Shown piece after piece: positions 27,283-42,904 of a DNA stretch of 64,000 bases (its first letter is position 1; every line of letters begins with the position of its first letter). The notes beneath the pieces are model-generated. The model saw nothing but the letters and a program-made list of their open reading frames with translations. It made no database searches and was not told where the DNA came from. This DNA is from Rhizodiscina lignyota. Taxonomy: Eukaryota. A program made the translations under genes and the position numbers. The stretch is taken from positions 62,001 to 126,000 of the forward strand of contig ML978141.1 in assembly GCA_010015805.1 (NCBI GenBank). Reading direction: 5' to 3'.

Positions 27283-27469
27283 GATATCAACCATTGAGGA
27301 CAGATACCGTGATTATTTGGGGATCAAGGTGGGCTTTCGGTCGTTGTAGATGTAATTTTTCAGGTATACGGGCGACGTCATGAGTAACGCAGCGGCGTAA
27401 AGAATAAAAATCTAGTAATTATCAAGCGTCAAATTCAATTGTGCAAAGTGCCTCATAATCTATCTTACG

Positions 27470-27543
27470 GCCCGGCGATGGGATAGCACCTCGTGCGGTG
27501 CCGGGCGTTAGTAGCCTCATAGAGGTGAAGCTGAGACTATCCC
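27470..27543 (+). ncRNA. HDV-like (CPEB3-type) self-cleaving ribozyme motif at the element's 5' end
   Basis: P1 GCCCGGC/GCCGGGC (27470-76/27500-06), P2 GGGATAG/CTATCCC (27480-86/27537-43), P3 ACC/GGT, P4 GCCTC/GAGGT, J4/2 CTGA. L3 is TTCACGC in copy 2. Confidence 0.7.
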
Positions 27544-28901
27544 TACGATACGATTTCGACACTCTGAGCAACACCTGCTCGCCGCCGTGAGCTGTATAGC
27601 GTAGCAGCCGTCGAATACGCCTCGATTCGAGCCTCTCCTATCTTAAGTTAATAACTAACCCTCGCCGCTCCGTCTCCTCGAGAATATATACTACCCTCGA
27701 AAGTTATAATAGCTAGTACCTATTATATATAAACGACGATCCTCCTCTAATACGACTTATTACGAACGTACGACGGGTGTACTAATATTTAATACTAGAC
27801 CTTAGGGTCCAGGTAGGATATTTAGATATATAGCCTCTAGCTATCTATAGCTTCTAGCTGTCTATATTAGCAATTTTAAGGTAAATATTATCGAATAGCA
27901 CGTCCGAGTACACGCTTTAAGTCATCTGAAATATAAATTAGAGGAAGTAGATTATATACAGGCTACTAGTACTCGAGAGTATGTCGAACGAGGGAACGAG
28001 TAGATGTAAGAAGCTCGTTAAGGCCTAAGATAAGGGGGCTCTCGAGCTATATATATTGAGAAGTTTGGATGCTAATATCCGAGAGCCTCGGCCAATAGCT
28101 ATTCGTACGACACACCCCTCTAGTAAGTAGCCTTGATGCTTGCTGTAATACCCGATTAGGTAGTGGTGATAGGGTTGAAATATATATAAAAGACAGCTTG
28201 AATGCGTAGCTGTTTGACGTTGTAACCGCTCTTATCCTGATCCTGATCCTGATCCTAATCCTAACCTTAACCTTAACCTTGCTATTATAATAACCCTGCT
28301 ATCCTCCTACGATAACCCTACTCGAAGGCTCTACCATTTAATACTACTCGGCCTCTAAATGCCTAATAGCCCTGTCGATTGACTCTGCCTAGGGTATTAA
28401 TAACGTCGATGTCGTATAGGTGTACGAGGCGGCTGATAGAGGTGACTCGTAAGGCGGCTCGCGGAGGCGGCTCGCGGAGGCGGCTCGTACGAAGACAGCT
28501 CGTGCGGAGGCAGCTCGTATAGAGGAAGCTCGTATAGAGGCAGCTCGTAGAGGCAGCTTATAGAGGCAGCTCGCGGAGGTAATGAAGAGGTAACTCTAAA
28601 GGCGTTGATAATTGCGAAGGAGGCTGAAAAGGAGGACTTTACGTAGAGGATTATATATAAAGGAGACTCTTTAGTTCGAAATGATAAGAACTTCGAAAGA
28701 GTGCTTAGCTACAACGTTACAAACAGAATTAGAGCAAAAATCCGGGCTTATAACTATCGAACGAGGGGACGAGTAGATGTAAGAAGCTTGCTAAGGCGTA
28801 AGATAAGTGGGCTCTCCAGAGATATATATTTTATTTAATAGAGGCGGCCGCGAGGCCCCCTACCTCCTCTCTATAAATAATAAAAACAACTTTCAGCTGG
28901 A
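27470..28901 (+). mobile_element. Non-autonomous SINE-like retroelement, copy 1, RIP-decayed, with 13-bp target-site duplication
   Basis: Both ends are shared with 32976-33654. Flanks AATCTATCTTACG (27457-27469) and AATTTATCTTGCG (28902-28914). No ORF of 60 aa or more over most of its length. TpA-rich and CpA/TpG-poor. Confidence 0.85.
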
Positions 28902-29258
28902 AATTTATCTTGCGTCATGTTGTTTAATTATGGTGAGTTCGCGGAGTCGTTCTTTCATGAATCGTACTCTGTACAAATTGGTGCTTTAAAGCCACCAGGA
29001 CACTCTGAAGATCAGTCGTCTAGGGATATCTGGGGGATCTCTACCTGGGCACCCTTTCGAGGTCAAAGGTCGACTTACAATTCCGATCTTCCTCTCCTGC
29101 AAAAGCTTTCAAGAACAGACCCATCAAAACGGGCTTAGCGCGTGCCAAGCAATCATAGCTCTCCAGCTTCACCCGAAGCCTTCTCTTTTCCCTTCCCAAA
29201 CTTCTCGACCACACACCTCTCCTCTCCCACATCTACCACCTCTCTAGCCTGCTTCAAA

Positions 29259-32619
<3,361 letters not shown>

Positions 32620-32975
32620 ACGAGTGAGGTGACGGTGTGATGATCGCCATTCTACGGCTACTCCCAAAAACTCCTTTTGTACAGATATATGGACAGGGCA
32701 GCTAGCTGGGTGACGATGGTGGTGGAAGAAGAGAAACGAGGTGTTGTTTTGTACTCCTAGCTCCCACATCAAATTCCTTTTCATTGTGCTCGGAGGGAGG
32801 GATGTAGATTGAAAAGAATTTGCGCTTTCTCTCTGTAAAGCTTGTATGACACGTGTGCCTCCGTGAGACTATCGATGCTGCTCTTGATCATATGATTTAT
32901 GAGCTCTCGACCCGCCAAAGACTCGAATACGAGTCTACATAGTTCATCCTTCACGAATTGAAGCCTCAGGTAAGT

Positions 32976-33654
32976 GCCCGGCGATGGGATAGCACCTTCA
33001 CGCGGTGCCAGGCGTCAGTAAATATTTCGGACGATAGATATATATATAGCGCCTGATCGTGCTATTCAGTAACGAAGACCTTAGCTGTATATATAGAGAT
33101 ATAGACGGCCGAAGCGACAGACGGCCGAAGCCATAGAGGTAGGTAGACCCTGAGGCCTAGATAGTATATGTATTTATCGTACGCGTATTCGCGCATTAGT
33201 ATAGGCTCGCTATTCGCACGCGATACGTACTAGCTATCGCGACTTTCGAGATAGAAGGCTCGCTCGAGGAGATGGAGTAGCGAAGGTTAGATATCGACTT
33301 AAGGAAGGAGAAGAGGCTCGAATCGGATCAGCTCGACGGCTACTACGCTACACAGTATACGGCGGCGAGAAGGTATTGCTCGGAGTATCTAAATCGTTCG
33401 TAGGGATAGTCTCAGCTTCACCTCTAATAAAAGAGGCTTTGTACTGGGGAAAGTAGCTTATACGCGGGTAATAAGTACTCGAGAGTAGGAGCGAGAGGGA
33501 GTATATCTAGCGGCTTATAGTAGTTATCGCCTCAGAGCCCCAGCTGCTCTTAAGGGCGCTATTATTTATATACACATTGATATTGATTTGATAGAGGCGG
33601 CTGCGAGGCGCCCTATCTCCTCTCTATAAACAATAAAAACAGCTTCAAGCTAGA
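32976..33654 (+). mobile_element. SINE-like retroelement copy 2, with internal inversion and 14-16-bp target-site duplication
   Basis: GAAGCCTCAGGTAAGT at 32960-32975 and 33653-33668. Same 5' end (GCCCGGCGATGGGATAGCACC) and 3' end (CTCCTCTCTATAAAYAATAAAAACA) as copy 1. 33021-33441 matches copy 1 in reverse complement. Confidence 0.88.
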
Positions 33655-33791
33655 AGCCTCAGGTAAGTATCCATCAAAAGCGGCGGAGCAGACAATTTGA
33701 GCATTCAGCTCCGATCCTGGCCATGCCAACTCCTCGCATTTTTTCCAAACTCAGGAACGCGTCTTTTGAATTGAACCGAGGACTTGCAAGT

Positions 33792-34016
33792 GGGTGACAA
33801 AATAGTTGAGTCGTGGCTGTAGTATATAGAACTACGAAGATGTATATACTCGATAGTTGATATAAGTTATACACGCTGAAGCTGCGTGGTTTAGATAAAT
33901 AGACTCTAGTATACAATTTATCGACCTTTCACAGATGCTCTCGCTAGCGTTGAAGAGGAAACTTCGCTTCTGCTGAACACGTTTAAACTTCATAGAAGTC
34001 AACTATTTTGTCACCC
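33792..34016. mobile_element. MITE-like element with perfect 18-bp terminal inverted repeats
   Basis: GGGTGACAAAATAGTTGA (33792-33809) and TCAACTATTTTGTCACCC (33999-34016). Flanking direct repeat GGACTTGCAAG at 33780-33790 and 34021-34031. AT-rich interior. Confidence 0.8.
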
Positions 34017-34257
34017 TCGCGGACTTGCAAGGTCCCAAACTATCGTAGAAAAGATCAACATACAACCTAAGATATTACTCCGATGGTCAAAGATCTCCAT
34101 CTGCATTGCATTTGTTTGTGATGGTGGGATTCCCGGCTGTCCACAAGCTTGGAGAATAAGTACCAGCGTCCGGTTCTTGCTACATTTCTTTGTCGTTCGA
34201 ATCTCTGTTGCATCTAATTTCCAATCATCGAGCTTTGCGTTACCATATCTTCTCATA

Positions 34258-34786
34258 ATGTCGTCCCAAGACCAAGCGCTGCAACAATTCCTCCTCGACC
34301 GCCAAGCAGCCTTGACACCGCTCTTCGAGGCGGGCGACATCGATGCCATCCTCCAATTCTACGACCCGGATCTCAGCTTCTCAGATCACGGTACCACGGC
34401 CCTCTCCCTTCTCCCTCTACATGTTGTTTCTATATAACCCCCCTCCGAACCTAGGACTAACCTCACCAGCATGGCACGCCACAAATCAGAATTTCACCCA
34501 ATTCGAGTCCTTCCTACGCTCCACATACGCCACGTCTTCGTCGTTGAGGATGGAGACCCATGGTGTCTATGGGACCAAGGAGTTTTGTGTGTGGGAGTGG
34601 ACGCTGCGCGTCGTTGCGGCAGAGGACGATCCGATCAGGGGGTTAGTGAAGGGGAAGGAGATCGTCTTAAGGGGATGCTCATTGCATTGGTGGCGGAAGA
34701 GGGAGGGTACTAGTGGATATGGTGTGAAGGATTGGAGGATTGTAAGGGAGGGGGACTATGCTGTTGCTGCGAAGGATGGGGATTGA
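34258..34786 (+). CDS. SnoaL/NTF2-like small protein, 2 exons
   Basis: 'FEAGDIDAILQFYDPDLSFSDH', 'CVWEWTL', 'LRGCSLHWW', 'IVREGDY'. Intron about 34391-34469 with CTAAC. Confidence 0.75.
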
Positions 34787-37700
34787 TGTGAACGAGAGGC
34801 GGAGGGGACTTGGAGCAGCGGGGCCGAGGTGAGATGTATCTATTGAAGAGCGATTAGAATGTCAAAACGGGACATTAAGAATGAGTTTACCGTGAGCCGA
34901 AAGATAGTACTGCGTGTGAAAAGACTGGCCGCATACACTGCCTCGCATCGTCCTGCACTTTGATGCCAAATCAAGCCTTTGGCGCGTTCAATTTGACCTC
35001 CGTGATGATAGCAGCCCCCAATGATATGAGTATCGATTAGTATTATGATCGGGAATGTCTTAGTGCCTTCACATATCGGCTTGTAATAATTCAATTTGTT
35101 TCATTGAAAAGATTGGTTTGGCGCGTTATGATATTGCGTTCTTCTGGAGAAGGACAGTTGAAAATATGAAATATGCATTCGCCCCAAGCTTACAACGACA
35201 AGACCTCAAACGTGTCTTGAAATTGGACAAAGGCATTGAACGGCCTATGAAGATCCTACAGGACAATTTTCGAAGGTGGAATTAATTGTAAACCTTGGAA
35301 ATTGCACGTCGAAGGCAAATGTGAGTTGGGGTTAAAGCCAGAGTTAGGGCTAGGGTTTCAACATTTGTCAAATTGGTGCAGAAGCCGAGAGCTCATGCCC
35401 ACCTTCCACCAATGTGCCTTGATATCATGCTGGGCTCTGTATCATGACGAGAAGTTTGGATTTGGTTAAATGAAGGAGAAACATTGATGAGAGTGGATAA
35501 CTACCTGGGAGGTGCGAAGAGACCTTTTTTCCAGGGCGACGGCGAGCGTGGAATCCTGTCCAAGCGCTTGAGCAGCGACAAATGGTGCGTGTCTTAACTA
35601 TGTCTCCACGTAAACGTTTGTAATTACACCAGCGCTGAAGGCCATATGATCTTGAGCGGCTCCAAAGCGAACAGGAGCATTCTAACCAGAACAAGCCAAA
35701 CAAGACGTCCGCTCCATAGACACTCCTCAGTCTTTGCCAAGTCAATAACTGGTCGACACCAAGAAAGATGCAATTGGGCATATCGGCGACTTTGTGCACC
35801 AAATCGCACAGTTGAGAATGACTTGCCAAGTCATGTAGACGCTTATTTGGCTCAGACGCGTAATGAACCCCTTGACGAAATGAGAGAATTGTAGTAATAG
35901 AACTTTTTGGAAAATCGGCGGCGAATCCTACGCCTAGAGGCATGGCAGCGATTACAGGGCTTACTGTTTACAGCAGATGTGCGGCATTTTTCTTCAAGTG
36001 CTTCTTAGCTTTGGCAGAAGACGATAGCCTAAAGAAAGCTTGGTATCAAGTCCGAAGCGAACCGGATCTCGGCGCTCGCGTCCCAAAGCAGAACGTCTGC
36101 GCTACCGGTACAGCATCCGGAGAAGCGTTGAAACTTGAAGGATGAAGATACTGTGGTTGAGGCTGAAACGTACAGACTTATCATCTCTGCCAACAACCAG
36201 GAACAGCGCAAGAGGCTTGACTTTTGACTTTTCGGAACATCCGCAGCGGCGCAAAGACAAGCTCTTAGGGCCTTGCCAGAATGCCTGTTGCTTTCAGCAT
36301 CGGGGTGAAACTTAGCCGGGTGAAACAGGGGGTGATATCGAGAAGGGTTTCCGTGATATGGTACCGGGGTACCGCGCAAAACGCCAATGTTTATCGGGGC
36401 TTGAGCGTCTTTGTTTGCACAAAAACCCTAGACTGTTTGGAAGGGATTAAACAAGGTCGGAGTTGTGCGTTTGTTTCGTCGGAAACACTTTCGGTGTCAG
36501 TGGAGGAATGCAGCCTGGTAATAATTGAGCATTGTTGTGCGCTGGGGATAAATGGGCAAAATGCGCGAGTGAGATTTCGCGAGCATCGGAAATTCAGAGG
36601 ATGCCCAACGGCCGCTCATGCAAGTCATCGTGAACACCAAGAGAAGACCCTTAAAGAAAATGCCTCTGCGTAGGGCTGGATTTCGCTTGTCGCGTTTAAC
36701 GGTCGCTCGGGGTTGCGCAAGCGTTTTCGCGAGGCGGTCTCGAATTGAGGCTGAAGAGGCTCAAATCGACGGACGGGCAAAATGGCGAAAGTCGGGATGA
36801 GACTCGGACGGTAAAATGGCATTGCCGGGCGCGAGGAAAGTCATCACGAGAGCACGGTGACAAGCCATGGAAAGGAAGAAATGGGCTCGCTGGCGGTTCG
36901 ACAACGCGGTCTGAAGTCGGGTGGGTCGGTGGTTGTGCTGTGCGCTTCGGAACAGAGCGAGTAATGCGTGCAAGGGAAACGCGGGAGACCCGCAACGACG
37001 ACGACGAATTACGGAGAATCGATGCTCTGGATGGAAGGAGACATTGCTGTTTACATTTGCATTCTGTCGAGTGGCACGACGATTAGCCATTGTTGCTAGC
37101 GACGTGGCGTGTGATGAACTGCCGACGGCTGTCGAGAAGAAAGAAGCATTTCGAGATTTTCACGATGGATGCAGCAGCGCCAAAAGCAACGGCTCTCCTC
37201 GACGAGGTTCGGAGAAAAAGTCGCTGCAAAAAAGGGCAGTCGAGCACGGCCTTCTCGAAGAGCGTCGAAACATTTCGATAAAATACAAGCCGGTGCTGGT
37301 CTTTCCTGATTGCGGTCGTATAATTACACGCGCCGATAGGGTTTAATATCCGCGTTTCAATCGGGGCTACTGCGGCCACACTTTCCGTGCCGCGTGATTG
37401 GCGTTGAGCGTGGACGTGGTGGAAGGGCCAAGCAGCGATCGTGGGTCTATCGTGCAGCGCGAAAGGTGGGCCGCGGTGCATGCAACCCGCGCGCATCCGT
37501 CACGATATGAGAAGAGCTTTTCAGCGCGCATGCTGCAGAGCGCCTTCTGTCGCTCAATTGTGCCTGCTGTGCTTTCTGCTCGGTCGCGCGACTCGAATTG
37601 ACGCAGAACGGACGGCGAAAGGGCTCTTCGGCCTCTGAAGAAGGGCTGGCAGAGCGTGACGACTTGCCGCGCTGACTACGACCCCCGCAAGCCCGCGCCG

Positions 37701-39879
37701 TCATCGAACAGCTGGACCTTGCTGGCCGTGTGCGGCGTGATTGGCGAATTGTGGCCGTTGTTCAAGCCGCCCGCTTTGGACAGCAAGTCGCACCAGCTTG
37801 GACGACTGCAGCGCTGCTTGCATGGGCCTCACCTCAGTAAGCATTACTCGCTGATGGCAGGATTGTCTGGCAGTTGCACCGCAAGCACGAGATGTGGAAT
37901 CCCCCGGATTTGGCGCAATTGGGGAACTATTGATGTCTTTCATTCGACAAGAGTCGAGGGAGGGCCTTGAAACGCATGTGTGGACATTGGCAGGCCGTAT
38001 GCGGGGGCCAAGAGGCCTTGAGGGTCGATCTGTAACCCATATCTATATGACAAGAGATGTTGATGAATTGTAATATTATACTTGGCACCGTGACTAGTAT
38101 ATAGCATTGCCGCACATGCTTTGTAGATTCCTCATACCGCAGTGATCGCAGCTATCGCCAGACGGAGACAGAAAGGTTTGACTAAGAGGGCTGATCTTTG
38201 AGCCTCACCCGGAGTCACTCCAGGCTTAGTGTCGGAACGAGTTTTGGACGGTTTCCTTGTCCTAGAAAAGCATGTCTGCTTAATCATGGCGTTTCTTTGG
38301 GGCCTGTTAATTACCGCGTCTGGTGAGTTGTTGGAGCTCTCTCCAGCGTCGACGCACACCGCACATGCGAACAAGTTGTTGGCGACGTTTGGAAGCATTG
38401 GGACTCGTGCAAAGAGAGAAAATCGCGCAGTCTAAATAAGGTGTTGCGAAGAGATGATTCGAATTAAGGAGCGCCGAATGCGAGACGAGGAAAGTGGAAT
38501 GAGGCGTTCCCACTGGGCTGTCGATGGCCTCTGCGCAGCTGCAAAATTCTCACACGCCAGGCGTGAAAAATACCGCAAGGCGAGTGGCAGCATACAATAC
38601 TTTACCGGCATCACCGGATACAGCCGTCAAGCTGGCCTGTTTCATGCGCATGCAGGCCAATCCCTGCACCGTTTGTGATGCAATCCTTGACCGCCTGGCC
38701 CAAGCTCTGATAGCAGCCGCGAGGTGATGGGTTGCGGTGCGCGTCGTGAGGCCGGCGAGCTATCACCACTGCTCTTGACGCTCTCTTGCGCTGGCCGGCC
38801 CGGCGGAGGTGTAGCAATGGCAGTCTGGAGCATCGTGAGCAAGGCAGGGGCGGCATTGAGCGAGCAGCTCTTGTTGGGAGTGATGGTAGCCAGCTGCAAT
38901 ATGTGAAGCTTCCCGCGCCTGTGCCAGGGCCCCTCGCCGTGCAAATTCTCAGTGATCCGCGGGATCGGTGCGTCCGCATTTGCTGCTATCACGATTCCCT
39001 GAGCCTGCTCCACCCAGAAGGGCAGCAGATCCCACGCCGAGAGGCCTCATCGGCCAGCGAGGATTACGGCTAGCGCTGCAGAGCGACCTGACAGAGCGGC
39101 GCGCTGCCATTGGCAACGGGGCGTCTTTAAAACGGCTTCCCGCTCCCCTCCCCCAATGCCCAGCCGCGAGCGAACCATATCGTCGAGCTAGAGCATAGCA
39201 AGGCCGCCCGCCCCTCACTGTGAGCTTCCCGTCACCGTACTTGAAGTGCTGCAGCTCCCTCCGTCCACTCTGTCTCCACCCGCTCACTGTCACCCTCGCT
39301 CCGACTGAACGCCAGTCCTCTCTCCGCGAGCGTCGAGAGAGCTTCAATTGCGACCGCACAGGAGGCGGCACTCCCCAATTGCGCTCAATTGAGTGGCAGG
39401 ACGCGTACCAGCCAACCCGGTGCATTTTCGCTGGTGAGTAAGCTCCGACTGCACATTTTTCTGCCTCGCCGCCTTCCACCCGCGCACGCAAAGCCATCAC
39501 GATTCCATTGGATTCGGAGCAGAAGGCGTTCGAGACAGCAGCTCTCTCGAGCTCAATCGACCAGCGGTCGTTGGCAAGGCGCTCTTAAGCAGCACAATCG
39601 CGCTGGCTGTGAGTGGAGAATGCGCTCGAAAGCTTTGGCCTCCTAAACGGGCTAGCTCGGCCGCTGGAAATTACGGCCATCACAACAAACCCAGCGCTAT
39701 ATAGCTCGCACCTCCCAAGCACTTTCCACTCTCCATCACCCCCGGCCTTTCTCACTCGACCGCCGTCACGCGACACCGCGCAATTGCGCACCAGGACTGC
39801 GAGGACACGTTAAGACTAACATCCCATCTCCCACAGAACACCCAGTCTTATCAACACCATCGCATCTCCACTCAACGCC

Positions 39880-42800
39880 ATGTCCGAAGGCGCGACCGAG
39901 GGCCCAGGCGCCCCGCCGAACCATCTCGGCACTAATGTCCCATCAGGCGACCTGGACGAGAAGAAGGAGTTCAACAATGCCGACCACCCGCCGCCAGCAA
40001 AGGCCGAGGCCGAGCACGAGGAGGAAGACGACGAGGACATGGATCAGCTCATCGAGGAGCTCGAGTCGCAGGACGCGGCAGCCGACCTTGAAGAGGAGGA
40101 GACGACGCAACCTGGAGGCGCCAAGCCCGTTTCCGAGGACCTTCTGCAGACCGACACGCGTTTGGGTCTGACGACCGACGAGGTGCTCAAGCGGAGGAAG
40201 AAGTTCGGTCTCAACCAGATGAAGGAGGAGAAGGAGAACCTCATTCTCAAGTTCTTGGGCTTCTTCATCGGTCCCATCCAGTTCGTCATGGAGGTGAGTT
40301 GCCCTGTCAATCCGTCAAAACCAATTCCTGCGTCCTGCGCTGCATCAGATTCACGTCCGCGGATCATCGGCTAACGCGCCATTTTCGTGCAGGCCGCCGC
40401 TGTCCTTGCCGCAGGTCTTCAAGATTGGGTCGACTTCGGTGTCATTTGCGCGCTGCTGTTGCTCAACGCTACCGTTGGTTTCGTACAAGAATACCAGGCC
40501 GGTTCCATCGTCGAGGAATTGAAGAAGACGCTCGCTCTGAAGGCTACCGTTCTCCGTGATGGCAAGCTCCAAGAAGTTGAGGCTCCGGAAGTCGTTCCTG
40601 GTGACATCCTCCAGATCGAAGAAGTGAGTTGAACCACCACCTCTCCCACCAACGCGTCGCTGACTTTAATCTCCAGGGTACTATCATTCCCGCCGACGGT
40701 CGCATCGTCACCGAGGACGCCTTCCTTCAAGTCGATCAGTCTGCCATCACTGGAGAGTCCCTCGCCGTCGATAAGCATAAGGGTGACACCTGTTACGCTT
40801 CCTCCGCTGTCAAGCGTGGCGAGGCCTTCATGGTCATTACCGCTACTGGTGACAGCACTTTCGTCGGTCGTGCCGCGTCCCTTGTCGCGTCCGCCTCGTC
40901 CGGCACTGGTCATTTCACGGAAGTCTTGAACGGTATTGGTACTATCCTGCTCATTCTTGTCATCGTTACGCTGTTGATTGTCTGGGTCTCATCCTTCTAC
41001 CGCTCCAACACGATCGTCCACATCTTGGAATTCACCCTCGCCATCACCATCGTTGGTGTGCCTGTCGGTCTGCCGGCTGTCGTCACTACCACCATGGCTG
41101 TCGGTGCTGCCTACCTTGCCAAGAAGCAGGCTATCGTCCAGAAGCTGTCTGCTATCGAGTCGCTCGCTGGTGTCGAAATTCTCTGCTCCGACAAGACCGG
41201 TACTTTGACAAAGAACAAACTGTCCCTATCCGAGCCATACACCGTGGCTGGCGTCGAGCCCGAGGACCTCATGCTTACTGCGTGCTTGGCCGCGTCCCGC
41301 AAGAAGAAGGGTATTGATGCCATCGACAAGGCCTTCTTGAAGTCGCTCAAGTTTTACCCACGCGCCAAGTCTGTCTTGTCCAAGTACAAGGTTTTGGACT
41401 TCCATCCGTTCGATCCCGTCTCCAAGAAAGTCCAGGCCGTCGTCGAATCTCCTCAAGGTGAACGCATCACTTGCGTCAAGGGCGCTCCGCTTTTCGTCTT
41501 GAAGACCGTCGAGGAGGACCACCCCATCCCACCAGAAGTCGATGAGGCGTACAAGAACAAGGTCGCTGAGTTTGCAACCCGTGGTTTCAGATCTCTTGGC
41601 GTTGCTCGTAAGCGCGGTGACAGCTCCTGGGAGATTCTCGGCATTATGCCCTGCGCTGACCCGCCCCGACACGACACGGCCCGCACTATCAACGAAGCCA
41701 AGACTCTCGGTCTGTCCATTAAGATGTTGACGGGTGATGCCGTTGGTATCGCTCGTGAGACTTCCCGCCAGCTTGGTCTTGGTACCAATGTCTACAATGC
41801 CGAGCGTCTTGGTCTTGGCGGCGGTGGTGAGATGCCTGGTTCGGAGGTCTACGATTTCGTCGAGGCCGCCGATGGTTTCGCAGAGGTCTTCCCACAGCAC
41901 AAGTACAATGTCGTCGAGATTCTGCAGCAGCGTGGCTACCTCGTTGCCATGACTGGTGACGGTGTGAACGATGCTCCGTCTCTGAAGAAGGCCGATACTG
42001 GTATTGCCGTTGAGGGTGCATCTGATGCCGCTCGTTCTGCTGCCGATATCGTGTTCCTTGCTCCCGGTCTGTCTGCCATCATCGACGCTCTGAAGACTTC
42101 CCGCCAGATTTTCCATCGTATGTACGCATACGTCGTCTACCGTATCGCTCTGTCGCTGCACTTGGAAATCTTCCTGGGCCTCTGGATCGCCATTCTCAAC
42201 ACCTCGTTGAACTTGGAGCTTGTCGTCTTCATCGCCATTTTCGCCGATATCGCTACACTTGCTATCGCCTACGACAATGCACCATTCTCCAAGACACCCG
42301 TCAAGTGGAACTTGCCCAAGCTCTGGGGTATGTCCGTCCTTCTTGGTATCGTCCTTGCTGTCGGTACCTGGATCACCCTCACGACCATGTTCCCGTACCA
42401 CTCCAACGACAATCTCGCTGGACAGGGTGTCCACGGTGGTATCGTCCAGAACTTTGGTGTCCGTGATGAGGTTCTGTTCCTGCAGATCTCTCTTTCTGAG
42501 AACTGGCTGATCTTCATCACTCGTGCTAACGGCCCATTCTGGTCGTCTATCCCCTCATGGCAGCTCTCTGGCGCTATCCTGTGCGTCGATATCATCGCGA
42601 CGATGTTCTGTATCTTCGGTTGGTTCATCGGTGGCCAGACGTCGATCGTCGCCGTCGTGCGTATTTGGCTCTTCTCATTCGGCGTCTTCTGCGTCCTGGG
42701 TGGTCTCTACTACTTGCTGCAGGGCAGCCAAGGTTTCGATAACCTGATGCACGGCAAGGGTATGAAGAGGGACACCAAGCAGAGGACCTTGGAGGATTTC

Positions 42801-42904
42801 GGTGAGTTTTATTCATTCACAGCTACTCTTGGACAAGTTGCTAACGTAGTATTACAGTCGTCTCATTACAACGTGTCTCGACTCAACACGAGAAGAGCGC
42901 ATAA
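39880..42904 (+). CDS. PMA1: Plasma membrane H+-ATPase (P-type IIIA), 4 coding exons
   Basis: [36 protein letters not shown]-terminal [13 protein letters not shown] after intron 42802-42857. Confidence 0.98.

Noticed and set aside
28234..28280. Telomere-like or CRISPR-like arrays (also 28453-28580 and TTAGGGCTAGGG at about 35344)
   Set aside because: The units are not clean CCCTAA, there are no unique spacers, and they are better explained as decayed low-complexity repeats.
35425..36400. Run of short ORFs with clustered stops (TAGTAATAG at about 35891)
   Set aside because: Possibly a gene relic, but there is no recognisable homology to support a call.
41226..42434. 402-aa antisense ORF inside PMA1 (similar ones opposite ATP2, GBE and the carboxypeptidase)
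   Set aside because: Expected shadow of strong codon bias in the sense gene; no motifs.
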